Assembly: GCA_963513025.1 (NCBI GenBank)
Contig: CAUPON010000021.1
Location: 6,487 to 70,486, forward strand
Length of the DNA stretch: 64,000 nucleotides
Source of the DNA: an uncultured Albidiferax sp.
GTDB lineage: Bacteria; Pseudomonadota; Gammaproteobacteria; Burkholderiales; Burkholderiaceae_C
Direction: 5' to 3'
Shown: positions 1 through 8,875 of the stretch, piece after piece
Layout of the letters: each line of letters starts with the position of its first letter
How positions within the stretch are numbered: position 1 is the stretch's first letter
Program-made: the position numbers and the translations under genes
The notes under the pieces: generated by a model
Told to the model about the DNA's origin: nothing
The model's database searches: none
Seen by the model: the letters and a program-made list of their open reading frames with translations, nothing else

Positions 1-34
1 CCCCCGCCGGGGGAGAGGGGGATTGGGTGCGAGT

Positions 35-1207
35 TTAGAGGGCGCGGATGGCCGCGGCCAGGGCCTTGATGCCAATATTGATCTGTTCCACGCTGGCGGT
101 GACGAAGGATAGGCGGATGGTGTGCGGATCGGCGTTGTCTGCGTAAAACGCGGTGCCAGGCACAAAGGCCACGCCCTGGTCCACCGCCTTGGGCAGCAGG
201 TCCACGGCGTGAATGCCTTCGGGCAGGCGGGCCCACAGGAACATGCCGCCGTCAGGGGTGTTCCAGGTCACGCCGGCCGGCATTTCGCGGGTCAAAGCGG
301 CAAGCATGGCGTCGCGCTGGGCTTTGTACAGCGTGCGGATGGTCGGCACGTGGCGGGCCAGGAAGCCGTCCTGCATCACCGCCACCACCATGCGCTGGTT
401 GAAGCTGGGGCTGTGCAGGTCGGCCGCCTGTTTGGCTTGCAGCAGCTTGGGCATGATCGCCTTGGGGGCGATCACATAGCCCAGGCGCAGGCCGGGCGCC
501 AGGACCTGGGAGAACGAGCCCATGTACCGGCGGCCCTCGGGGTTGCGCGCGGTCAGCGGCGCGGCGGGGGGCGCGTCGAACCACAGGTCGCCGTAGGGGT
601 TGTCTTCCACCAGCGGCAGGCCCAAGGCTGCGGCCCGTTCGACCAGGGCGGCACGGCGGGCTTCGGGCATGGTGCGCCCGGTGGGGTTCTGGAAGTTGGG
701 CAGCACGTAGAGGAAGCGGCCGCCGGCGGCTTTGGCGGTCAGGTCGTCCAGGTCCACGCCTTGGTCGTCACAGTTCACACCCACCACCTGGGGCTCCATG
801 GGGGCGAAGGCCTGCAGCGCGCCCAGGTAGGTGGGGGTTTCGACCAGCACTTTGCTGTCTTTGTCGATCAGCACCTTGCCGATCAGGTCCAGTGCCTGCT
901 GCGAGCCGGTGGTGACCAGCACCTGGGCCGGGTCCACCTTCCAGGGCAGGTCGGCGGCGATGATTTCGCGCAGCGGGCCATAGCCTTCGCTGGCAGCGTA
1001 CTGCAGCGCGCCCTTGCCGTCTTCGCGCAGCACTTTTTCGCAGGCTGCGGCGAATTCAGCCACCGGGAAGGTCTTGGGTGAGGGCAGGCCGCCGGCAAAG
1101 CTGATGATGCCGGGGCGTTCGGTCACTTTAAGGATTTCACGGATCACCGAGGAATTCATCTTCTCGGTGCGGGCGGCCAAGGTCCAGGGGTTGGCGGGGA
1201 TGCTCAT
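35..1207 (-). CDS. Class I/II PLP-dependent aminotransferase (LysN/MocR-like, no HTH); Schiff-base Lys appears as Gln
   Basis: 390 aa; motifs IISFAGGLP, NFQNPTG, EDNPYGDL, GSFSQVLAPGLRLGY (normally GSFSK), IRLSF. Confidence 0.85.
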   Translation of the reverse strand: MSIPANPWTLAARTEKMNSSVIREILKVTERPGIISFAGGLPSPKTFPVAEFAAACEKVLREDGKGALQYAASEGYGPLREIIAADLPWKVDPAQVLVTTGSQQALDLIGKVLIDKDSKVLVETPTYLGALQAFAPMEPQVVGVNCDDQGVDLDDLTAKAAGGRFLYVLPNFQNPTGRTMPEARRAALVERAAALGLPLVEDNPYGDLWFDAPPAAPLTARNPEGRRYMGSFSQVLAPGLRLGYVIAPKAIMPKLLQAKQAADLHSPSFNQRMVVAVMQDGFLARHVPTIRTLYKAQRDAMLAALTREMPAGVTWNTPDGGMFLWARLPEGIHAVDLLPKAVDQGVAFVPGTAFYADNADPHTIRLSFVTASVEQINIGIKALAAAIRAL

Positions 1208-1273
1208 GGTGCTCTTTCAGGGGGCCGTACAGCACGGCAGGGGGTTATGTTTCGGGTTAACTCAGATTGTCGG

Positions 1274-1864
1274 CTAGGACAGCATGGGCGCGAGCGAAGC
1301 GACCAGTAAAACTGCCATCAAACCGTTGAAAATGCGCCGGTAGTGGGGGACGCGCAACCAGTGGCGCAGGCGGCTACCGAACAATGCCCACAGGCTGATG
1401 GTCGGCAGGTTCACCAAGGCGAACAAGATCGCCGTGCCCAGCACCAGAGCGCCACCGCTGTGGGCGGGCAGGTAGCTGCTGAACGCACCCACGGCCATGA
1501 CCCAGGCTTTCGGATTCACCCACTGGAAGCCGGCAGCGCCCCAGAAGCTGATGGGGCGCTTGGCTTCAGCGTCCTTCGGGGCGCCGGCGGTAGCCACGCC
1601 CCAGGCTAGGTACAGCAGGTAGGCCGCACCCAGCCACTTCAGCACCAGGTACAGCTGCGGTATCTGTTCCAACAGCAGGCCCAGACCCATGCCGACGGCG
1701 GTCAGCAGAATAAAGACGCCGACCGAAATGCCTGCCATGTGCGGCAAGGTAGCGCGAAAGCCATGGTTCACGCCCGAAGCCAGCAGCATCAGGTTGTTCG
1801 GGCCCGGCGTAATGGAGCTGACGAAGGCAAACAGCGTCAGCGCGAAGAAGAGTTGGGTGGTCAT
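1274..1864 (-). CDS. LysE/RhtB family translocator
   Basis: SITPGPNNLMLLASG and FQWVNPKAW motifs, hydrophobic; start re-called to ATG 1864 (MTTQLFF). Confidence 0.85.
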   Translation of the reverse strand: MTTQLFFALTLFAFVSSITPGPNNLMLLASGVNHGFRATLPHMAGISVGVFILLTAVGMGLGLLLEQIPQLYLVLKWLGAAYLLYLAWGVATAGAPKDAEAKRPISFWGAAGFQWVNPKAWVMAVGAFSSYLPAHSGGALVLGTAILFALVNLPTISLWALFGSRLRHWLRVPHYRRIFNGLMAVLLVASLAPMLS

Positions 1865-1880
1865 GGGGTCTCCCGGAAAA

Positions 1881-2798
1881 TCAATGCACTGGCATGCGCT
1901 TGCCGATGAAGACCACGGCGATGACCGCCAGGCCGAAGCCGACGGTGAACGCGTCCAGCGTCTCGCCCAGCAGCGGCACGGCAAACAGCATGCTCAAAAA
2001 GGGCTGCACCAGCTGCACCTGGCTGACGCGCACCGTGCCACCCAGCGCCAGGCCGCGGTACCAGGCGAAGAAGCCCAGCCACTGCGAGAACACCGCCAGG
2101 TAGCCAAACGCCAGCCAACTGGTAGGTTGCAGTGCGGCCGCTGGCCAGGTGAACGCCGCGCCCGGCACGGTCAGCGGCAGCGAGATCACCAAGGCCCAGC
2201 AGATCACGTGGTCGGCCCGCATGCGCCGCGACAGCAGGCCGCCAAACCCGTAGCCCACGGCGCCAAACAGCATGGCCAGCAACAGCAGTACATCGGCGGA
2301 CTGGATGGCCAGGCCGCTGCCCGAGCGCAGCATGGCAAAGCCCACCACCAGTGCACTGCCCAGAGCGGCACAAAGCCAGAAGCCGGTGGACGGGCGTTGG
2401 CGGTGCAGCAGCGCACCGGCCGCCGCCGTGGTCAGCGGCAGCACACCGATGATCACGCTGGCGTGTACCGCTTCCACATGCCGCATGGCGATGGAGGTCA
2501 GCAGCGGAAAGCCGAACACCGCGCCCGAGGCGGTCAGGGCCAGCGGCCACCAGTCGGCGCGCTGCGGTAGCGGGGCCCGGGTGGCGAGCAGAAAGGCGAT
2601 GGACAGCAGCCCGGCCGCAGCGGCGCGGGCCATGGCGATGAACACGCCGGACATCTGCGGGTCGGCCGGCGTGCCCACGGCCAAGCGCGTCATCGGCAGG
2701 GTCAGCGCAAAAATCACCACCCCCAGCAGGCCCAGCCACAGGCCACGGCGCTCGGCGGAGGTGGGTGCGAGGGGGGCGGTGGCGTGCAAGGTAGTCAT
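1881..2798 (-). CDS. DMT/EamA family transporter
   Basis: About 10 hydrophobic segments, two EamA-like halves, ends VSQVQLVQPF...LLGE; start re-called to ATG 2798. Confidence 0.85.
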   Translation of the reverse strand: MTTLHATAPLAPTSAERRGLWLGLLGVVIFALTLPMTRLAVGTPADPQMSGVFIAMARAAAAGLLSIAFLLATRAPLPQRADWWPLALTASGAVFGFPLLTSIAMRHVEAVHASVIIGVLPLTTAAAGALLHRQRPSTGFWLCAALGSALVVGFAMLRSGSGLAIQSADVLLLLAMLFGAVGYGFGGLLSRRMRADHVICWALVISLPLTVPGAAFTWPAAALQPTSWLAFGYLAVFSQWLGFFAWYRGLALGGTVRVSQVQLVQPFLSMLFAVPLLGETLDAFTVGFGLAVIAVVFIGKRMPVH

Positions 2799-2832
2799 GC
2801 GGCGGCAGGTACAGAGTGGACATCCAATGTAG

Positions 2833-2890
2833 TGGCAATACCAGCACACTGGCAGTACACTTTGACCAGCCAGTTTTTTGTCTGTATTGG
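2833..2890. promoter_or_regulatory. Candidate MocR operator: two direct repeats plus one inverted copy
   Basis: TGGCAATAC 2833-2841, TGGCAGTAC 2850-2858, inverted GTATTGG 2884-2890 in the divergent intergenic region. Confidence 0.45.
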
Positions 2891-2911
2891 TCTTGAGGCC
2901 AGCACACAGGA

Positions 2912-4330
2912 GTGCATTCCATGTTGATGAAAGCCGCCGCCCAGTCGCTCACCGAGCAGCTTGCCAGCCATTTCGCCGAGCGCATCCGCAGCCGCCTGCT
3001 GGCCGGCGGTGCGCGTTTGCCCTCGGTGCGCCAGTGCGCGCAACAGCACCAGGTCAGCGCGTCCACCGTGGTGGCGGCCTACGACCGGCTGCTGGCGCTG
3101 GGCCTGGTCGAAGCCCGCAAGAACCGTGGGTTTTATGTAAGAGAAACGGCTCCAGCGCATGATGCACTTGCGCGAGCAGCTACACATTCAGGAGCAAGCG
3201 AGGGCCCGCCACGCCGCCCCATCGACGCCACCGCCCTGATGCGCGGCATGTTCCAGGGCGACAGCGACAAGCCCCAGCCGGGCATGGGAGTGTTGCCGCC
3301 CGACTGGCTGGAGAACAGCTTCATGCCCGCCGCCGTGCGCCGGGTGGCGGCTGGCACGGCAGACTTTTCGCGCCGCTACGGCGACCCTGCCGGCGATCCG
3401 GGCCTGCGCCAGAGCTTGTCGAAAAAGCTGGCCGGCCTGCATGTGCACGCCGGACCCGAGCAGATCATCACCACCGTGGGCGCCACCCATGCGCTGGACA
3501 TTGCCAGCCGCACCCTGCTGCGCGCCGGCGATTACGTGATGGTCGAGGAGCCGGGCTGGGCGGTGGAATTTGCCCGGCTCGAAGCCATGGGCATGCGCAT
3601 CCTGCCGGTGCCGCGCCATGCCGACGGGCCGGACCTGGAGGTGATGGCGCGCTACTGCGAGGCGCATGCGCCTAAGCTGTTCGTCAGCGTCAGCGTGCTG
3701 CACAACCCCACCGGCTTCAGCCTGACGCCGGGCAGCGCGCACCGGGTGCTGACCCTGGCGAACGCGCACAACTTCTACATCCTGGAAGACGATACCTACA
3801 GCCACCTGGCGCCTGAGCACGCGACCCGGCTGTGTGTATTGGACGGCCTGCAGCGCACCCTGTACGCCAGCGGCTTTTCCAAGATCCTGGCGCCGGGCTG
3901 GCGCGTCGGCTTTCTGGCGGCGCCGCTGGCGCTGGTCGAGCGGCTGACCGACACCAAGCTGCTGGCGACTCTGACCACCCCGGCCCTATTGGAGAAAGCC
4001 CTGGCCTGGTGTATCGACCAGGGCCAGCTGCGCCGCCACTCCGAGCGGGTGCGCGAGCGGCTCGACCAGGCGCGTGCCCGCAGCACCAAGCTGGCGCTGG
4101 CGGCCGGCTGCCGGTTTGCTTCAGAGCCCGCTGGCCTATTTGGCTGGGTGGATACCGGCGTGGACACCGACGCGCTGGCCCAGCGCATGCTGGACGAGGG
4201 CTATATGCTGGCCCCCGGCGCGCTGTTCCACGCCAGCCGCCAGCCCAGCAGCCTGATGCGTATCAACTTTGCCAACGCCCAGGATGCAGCTTTCTGGAAG
4301 GTGTTTATGCGGGTGCGGGATGGAGCTTGA
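2912..4330 (+). CDS. MocR/GabR family regulator (GntR wHTH + aminotransferase-like domain)
   Basis: N-terminal RLPSVRQCAQQHQVSASTVVAAYDRL; C-terminal LHNPTG, EDDTY, SGFSKILAPGWRVG; true start may be 2921 or 2927. Confidence 0.9.
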   Translation: MHSMLMKAAAQSLTEQLASHFAERIRSRLLAGGARLPSVRQCAQQHQVSASTVVAAYDRLLALGLVEARKNRGFYVRETAPAHDALARAATHSGASEGPPRRPIDATALMRGMFQGDSDKPQPGMGVLPPDWLENSFMPAAVRRVAAGTADFSRRYGDPAGDPGLRQSLSKKLAGLHVHAGPEQIITTVGATHALDIASRTLLRAGDYVMVEEPGWAVEFARLEAMGMRILPVPRHADGPDLEVMARYCEAHAPKLFVSVSVLHNPTGFSLTPGSAHRVLTLANAHNFYILEDDTYSHLAPEHATRLCVLDGLQRTLYASGFSKILAPGWRVGFLAAPLALVERLTDTKLLATLTTPALLEKALAWCIDQGQLRRHSERVRERLDQARARSTKLALAAGCRFASEPAGLFGWVDTGVDTDALAQRMLDEGYMLAPGALFHASRQPSSLMRINFANAQDAAFWKVFMRVRDGA

Positions 4331-4342
4331 TATGCTGGCGCG

Positions 4343-5332
4343 ATGTATTCAAGAATGCCGCTGCCCCGTTTCTTTTGTGCCGCTTTGGCGGCCTGCCTTA
4401 TGGCTCCGCTGCTGGCCTGGGCCCAGCCGTCCAGCGCAGATGAGCTGCCCGCCGACTGCGCCAGCCGTTACCCACCGTTGGTGGCCATGCCAGACAGCCC
4501 GGTGCGCGACCGCGGTTTTCTGTGGCGTATCAGCAAGGGCGGCCATACCTCCTACCTGTACGGCACCATGCATATAGGCAAACCCGAGTGGGCCCAGCCA
4601 GGTCCGCAGACCCAGGCCGCGCTGGACGCGAGCCAGCAGCTGGCGCTGGAGATGGACACTGTGCCCGCCACCATCCAGGCCCTGATGTCAGGCTTGGCGC
4701 GCCAGCCCGACCAGGTGCTGGCGCCCACCTTGGAGGCGCGTTTGCGCCAAGCCATTGCCCAATCTTGCCTGCCCCCCGCTTTGAGCGATATGTTGGCGCC
4801 GGAAATGCAGGTGACCATGTTGGCCATTGGCATGCTGCGCACCGATGGATATTCGGGAGATTGGGGCGCAGACTTCCAGCTAGCCGCCATCGCCCACGCG
4901 CGTGCCATGCCGGTGGTGGGACTGGAAAAACCGCAAGACCAAGTGCGGTTGCTGCTGGCCACCAATGCCGAGGAACGTAACGAGGGTGTCCAAGAGCAAT
5001 TGGACGATATGGCCTCGGGCAAAGCACGGCGTATCACTTCGCGCATGGTCCGCATGTGGGACGAGGCCGACTACGCCACTTTGCAGGGCTACAAGGCCTG
5101 GTGCGAATGCTCGCCGAAGAACGACCGCGAGCGCCGCGCAATGAAAGCCCTGCTGGACGACCGCAACCTCGGCATGGCGCAGGCCATAGACCGTCTGCAT
5201 GGGCAGGGCACCGCTGTCTTCGCAGCGGTCGGTAGCCTGCACATGGTTGGCCCCACCGGTATTCCGGCCTGGATGGCCCGGCATGGCTACCGGGTGCAGC
5301 GCGTGGCGTTTGGCCGTGCTGGCAAAAATTAA
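4343..5332 (+). CDS. TraB/GumN family exported protein
   Basis: Signal peptide; FLWRISK, SYLYGTMH, ALEMD, VGLE, DRNLGM, AVGSLHM motifs. Confidence 0.8.
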   Translation: MYSRMPLPRFFCAALAACLMAPLLAWAQPSSADELPADCASRYPPLVAMPDSPVRDRGFLWRISKGGHTSYLYGTMHIGKPEWAQPGPQTQAALDASQQLALEMDTVPATIQALMSGLARQPDQVLAPTLEARLRQAIAQSCLPPALSDMLAPEMQVTMLAIGMLRTDGYSGDWGADFQLAAIAHARAMPVVGLEKPQDQVRLLLATNAEERNEGVQEQLDDMASGKARRITSRMVRMWDEADYATLQGYKAWCECSPKNDRERRAMKALLDDRNLGMAQAIDRLHGQGTAVFAAVGSLHMVGPTGIPAWMARHGYRVQRVAFGRAGKN

Positions 5333-5365
5333 GTTGCTGCAGACACGGCGCACGTACCGGCTCGA

Positions 5366-5422
5366 TTTGCTATAAGTTATGTAGCTTCTTGCGCATATAT
5401 TTCGTGCGCTGGAGGCACTTTT
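5366..5422 (+). repeat. REP-like intergenic repeat, copy 1
   Basis: GCTAT-aagttat-GTAGC-ttctt-GCGC-atatatttcgt-GCGC-TGGAGGC. Confidence 0.75.
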
Positions 5423-5473
5423 CTTATGTCTTTTCGTAGACTTTAGGCGTAGCGAGGAACACACGTGTGCGCA

Positions 5474-5491
5474 GTTTGATGCGCATCAAAC
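5474..5491. promoter_or_regulatory. FNR/Anr-type box inside a perfect 18-bp palindrome
   Basis: GTTTGATGCGCATCAAAC; TTGAT-N4-ATCAA at 5476-5489. Confidence 0.7.
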
Positions 5492-5598
5492 TTTGCCGAG
5501 TTGGGCGTAGTTCCGGTGGAGTGGGCTGCAGTTTGTTACCCATGGGCTGGGGCATCCAACCTACACTCAAGGCTGCTACTTTTCACGGGAGTGGACTT

Positions 5599-5838
5599 AT
5601 GCCTACACATGCATTCGGCCTCGATGGTCTGTTGGATGACCTTCGCAGCCGTTATGGAGAGGGTGATGCGGTCGTGGTGCTGATCAGGTCTGAGTTGGAC
5701 AAGCGGCTGCAGGAAGAGCAGTCGCGTCCCCTGGTGGAGCGGCGCGCCAAGAACTCCCCGGCCAAGTCCCATTCGCGGGCCGGCTGGCAGGATAAGTTCA
5801 AGTCATCCCTTGACGCGCCGCCCAGCTTTTTGCACTAG
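5599..5838 (+). CDS. Hypothetical small protein (79 aa)
   Basis: ATG 5599 preceded by GGAG/GGA; only plausible gene between two repeat copies. Confidence 0.55.
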   Translation: MPTHAFGLDGLLDDLRSRYGEGDAVVVLIRSELDKRLQEEQSRPLVERRAKNSPAKSHSRAGWQDKFKSSLDAPPSFLH

Positions 5839-5891
5839 TAGCCTGCCGCCGCTCTGGTGCTGGCCTTCGGCCGGGCTATGGATTGTTTGGG

Positions 5892-5948
5892 TTTGCTATG
5901 TTTAATATAGCTACTAGTGCAGGTTTTATATGCTCTGGAGTGGCTTTT
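5892..5948 (+). repeat. REP-like intergenic repeat, copy 2 (degenerate)
   Basis: GCTAT-gtttaat-ATAGC-tacta-GTGC-aggttttatat-GCTC-TGGAGTG. Confidence 0.65.
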
Positions 5949-5971
5949 TATGCCTGCTCATCGGACGGAAC

Positions 5972-6838
5972 TTAAAGGTAAGCAGCAGACACCAGGTCGG
6001 CCAGCTGTTGGGCCGCCTCGCCCATGCTGCGGCGGGCGCGGTGCACCAGGCCAATGTCCCGGTGGAAGGTGTGCTGCCCCAGGTTGATCGCGCGCACTGC
6101 GGCAGGCCAGCGCCGGTTGGTGCTGGTCTGCGGTACCAGCGCGATGCCGACCCCGTTCGCCACCAGGCGCACGATGGCTTCCAGCTCGTCCACCTCGCAG
6201 ACCTCTTGCACCCGCAGGTGTGCTGCACGCAAGAAGCGGTCGACCTGCCGGCCGCCGAATGAGGCACGGTCGTAGCGCACGAACGGCTGGCTGGCCAGCA
6301 GTTCAGACCAGTCATTGCCCTCCACCGCGCGGGGTACCAGCAGGCGGAAGGGCTCGCGCGACAGCGTGGTCCAGCGCAGGTCCGAATGCAGCGAAAAAGG
6401 CGGACGGATGATCACCGCCATGTCGATATCCCCGGCATCCACCCGGTTCACCAAATCCATCGAAAGACCGGGTATCACGCGGGAGCGGCAATCGGGGAAC
6501 TGCTTGTGGAATTTGGCCAGCACGTCGGGCAGCAGGGTTCTTTGCACCGATGCAATCGCGCCGATGCGGACCAACACTGTCGCCGCCCGACCCTTCTGGC
6601 GGGAACCGAGGTCGCTGTAGAGGCGTATCAGCTCCTGCGCCCGGTCGAGAGTCTGGTGCCCCATGGCGTTAAGCCGCGCCGACCGGCCCGTGCGGTCGAA
6701 GAGCGCAAAGCCCAGCTCGGCCTCTAGGCGCTGCATCTGCGCACTGACCGCGGCCTGGGTGAGGCCGATGGCCTCGCCCGCCGCCGCAAATGTGCCCTGC
6801 CTCGCCACTGAGACGAAGGTCTTGAGTTCGCGAATCAT
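5972..6838 (-). CDS. LysR family transcriptional regulator
   Basis: MIRELKTFVSVARQGTFAAAGEAIGLTQAAVSAQMQRLE HTH; start re-called to ATG 6838. Confidence 0.9.
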   Translation of the reverse strand: MIRELKTFVSVARQGTFAAAGEAIGLTQAAVSAQMQRLEAELGFALFDRTGRSARLNAMGHQTLDRAQELIRLYSDLGSRQKGRAATVLVRIGAIASVQRTLLPDVLAKFHKQFPDCRSRVIPGLSMDLVNRVDAGDIDMAVIIRPPFSLHSDLRWTTLSREPFRLLVPRAVEGNDWSELLASQPFVRYDRASFGGRQVDRFLRAAHLRVQEVCEVDELEAIVRLVANGVGIALVPQTSTNRRWPAAVRAINLGQHTFHRDIGLVHRARRSMGEAAQQLADLVSAAYL

Positions 6839-6973
6839 GCGTCTGCTCCCCGGTGGTGGATGGGCCGCAGCCAATCACAAAGAATATTTGTACTCAGACT
6901 AAATATATATTGATTTTATTATTTTCATCGGGGATTCACACTTGCGCGTCTTTCCTCACCACCAAGGTCAAAA

Positions 6974-7417
6974 ATGCAAACTCCCCAAACGAATCCCGCG
7001 ATGCTCTCCCCGTTTCACCTGGCTTTCCCGGTGGATGATCTGGCTAAGGCGCGCCAGTTTTACGGCGAGGTTCTGGGCTGCCCCGAAGGCCGCAGTTCTG
7101 AAGACTGGATCGACTTCAACTTCTACGGACACCAGATCGTCGCGCATCTGGCACCCAGCCAAACCGGCCTGGCCCAGCGCAATGCGGTGGATGGCCATGG
7201 GGTGCCGGTACGCCATTTCGGCATCGTGCTGCCGATGTCCGATTGGGACGGAATGGCGGACCGGCTGAAGTCGCAGGGCATTGAATTCATCATCGAACCC
7301 TACACCCGCTTCAAGGGCGAGCCCGGCGAGCAGGCCACCATGTTCTTCCTCGATCCATCGGGCAATGCGCTGGAGCTCAAGGCGTTCGGCGACATCACCA
7401 ATCTGTTTGCCAAGTAA
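6974..7417 (+). CDS. VOC/glyoxalase superfamily protein (extradiol dioxygenase-like)
   Basis: [27 protein letters not shown] with His/His/Glu metal ligands; start may be 7001. Confidence 0.85.
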   Translation: MQTPQTNPAMLSPFHLAFPVDDLAKARQFYGEVLGCPEGRSSEDWIDFNFYGHQIVAHLAPSQTGLAQRNAVDGHGVPVRHFGIVLPMSDWDGMADRLKSQGIEFIIEPYTRFKGEPGEQATMFFLDPSGNALELKAFGDITNLFAK

Positions 7418-7453
7418 AGCCCCCGCAGCGATACCCCCACGAGAAAAACCACC

Positions 7454-8365
7454 ATGAAGAACCTGGCTCTGACCCTCATCGCCGCCTGCGCGGGCCTTAC
7501 GGCCTTTACGGCCCTCACGGCGCAGGCGGACACATTGCAGAAAATCAAATCGACCGGTGCCGTCACGATGGGCGTGCGGGATTCGTCCGGCGTACTGTCG
7601 TACACCCTGGGCAAGGAGCAGTACGTCGGCTTCCACATCGAGCTGTGCCAACGCGCGCTGGCTGATATCCAGAAGCAGCTCGGGCTTCCCAAGCTGGACA
7701 TACGCTATGTTCCGGTCACCTCCACCAACCGCATCCCGCTGCTGCAGAACGGAACCATCGATCTGGAGTGCGGTTCCACCACCAACAACGCGACGCGCAA
7801 GCAGCAGGTGGCCTTTGCCGTCACCACCTACATTGAAGAGATCCGTATTGCCGTCAAGGCCAATTCCGGCATCCAGTCGATCGGCCAGTTGAACGGCAAA
7901 AAGGTGGCTACCACCAGCGGCACGACCAGCGTGCAGGTGTTGCGCAAACACCAGCGGGCGCAGGGTGTCGAGTTCCAGGAAGTGTTTGGCAAGGACCACG
8001 CTGAGAGTCTGCTCAACCTGGAGTCAGGACGCGCCGACGCCTTCGTGATGGATGCCCAGGTGCTGGCCGGCAACATCGCCAACGCGCGCAATCCCGCCGA
8101 CTACAAGATCGTGGGCGAGGTGCTGGGTGTAGAGCCCATCGCCATCATGGTGCGCAAGGATGATCCGGCTTTCAAGCAGAGCATCGATAGCAGCTTGCGT
8201 GGGCTGATGAAGAGCGGCGAGATCGCAAGCATCTACGACAAATGGTTCATGAAGCCGATTCCGCCGACGGGTGCCGTCATCAACCTGCCGGCGTCGCAGG
8301 CCACCAAGGCCGCCTGGGCCAGTCCCAACGACAAGTCGACAGAAGAGTACACCGCCACGCGCTGA
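7454..8365 (+). CDS. Amino-acid ABC substrate-binding protein (GltI-like, family 3)
   Basis: Signal peptide; VTSTNRIPLLQNGTIDLECGSTTN, GRADAFVMD. Confidence 0.85.
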   Translation: MKNLALTLIAACAGLTAFTALTAQADTLQKIKSTGAVTMGVRDSSGVLSYTLGKEQYVGFHIELCQRALADIQKQLGLPKLDIRYVPVTSTNRIPLLQNGTIDLECGSTTNNATRKQQVAFAVTTYIEEIRIAVKANSGIQSIGQLNGKKVATTSGTTSVQVLRKHQRAQGVEFQEVFGKDHAESLLNLESGRADAFVMDAQVLAGNIANARNPADYKIVGEVLGVEPIAIMVRKDDPAFKQSIDSSLRGLMKSGEIASIYDKWFMKPIPPTGAVINLPASQATKAAWASPNDKSTEEYTATR

Positions 8366-8404
8366 GGCCGTGCGCCACCCTCATCCATCCATCAGGAGCA
8401 AACC

Positions 8405-8782
8405 ATGCCAAGCCAAAGCTATATCCAGGATTACCAAGCCATCGTCCAGGTGGTGGGCCACTACATCAACGGCAACCAACAAGGCTGCGGTGCCAGCATG
8501 CGGCCGGCCTTCCATGCGCAGGCCACCATCTTCGGGCTCAACGGCAGCGAGGTGTTCGGCCCCGAGATCGAGAAGCTGTTTGACGTAGTCGACCAGTTCG
8601 AACCCTCACCAGAAGCCACGGCCGTCTTTGCACGCGTTGACATTGTCGGCACGGCCGCGAGTGTGCGCCTCGACAGCGACAAGGTAGCCGGCTCCCGCTT
8701 CACCGACTTCTTCAATCTGCTGAAGATCGACGGCAGCTGGACCATCGTCAACAAGATCTATTACACGCACCCGCAAGCCTAG
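8405..8782 (+). CDS. NTF2-like / putative lumazine-binding family protein
   Basis: 125 aa; AFHAQATIFG, VDIVGTAASVRL, FTDFFNLLKIDGSWTIVNK. Confidence 0.75.
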   Translation: MPSQSYIQDYQAIVQVVGHYINGNQQGCGASMRPAFHAQATIFGLNGSEVFGPEIEKLFDVVDQFEPSPEATAVFARVDIVGTAASVRLDSDKVAGSRFTDFFNLLKIDGSWTIVNKIYYTHPQA

Positions 8783-8808
8783 TTTGCTTAGTTTCTAGAT
8801 GGTGCTAT

Positions 8809-8866
8809 GGTGCTATCAAAATAAAAGCAAGTTGTGTAATAAGAATAAGCGCTAGAGGCTGATTTG
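8809..8866 (+). repeat. REP-like intergenic repeat, copy 3
   Basis: GCTAT-caaaata-AAAGC-aagtt-GTGT-aataagaataa-GCGC-TAGAGGC; begins inside a GGTGCTAT tandem duplication (8801-8816). Confidence 0.7.
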
Positions 8867-8875
8867 TTGTAGGGC

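Noticed and set aside
4343-5332. TraB as evidence of a conjugative element
   Set aside because: It is the TraB/GumN (Tiki-like) family, unrelated to type IV secretion; no other transfer genes are present.
5366-8866. Repeat copies as a CRISPR array or integron attC cassette array
   Set aside because: Copies are too divergent and too far apart for CRISPR, there are no cas or integrase genes, no GTTRRRY/RYYYAAC ends, and the bracketed genes have mixed orientation.
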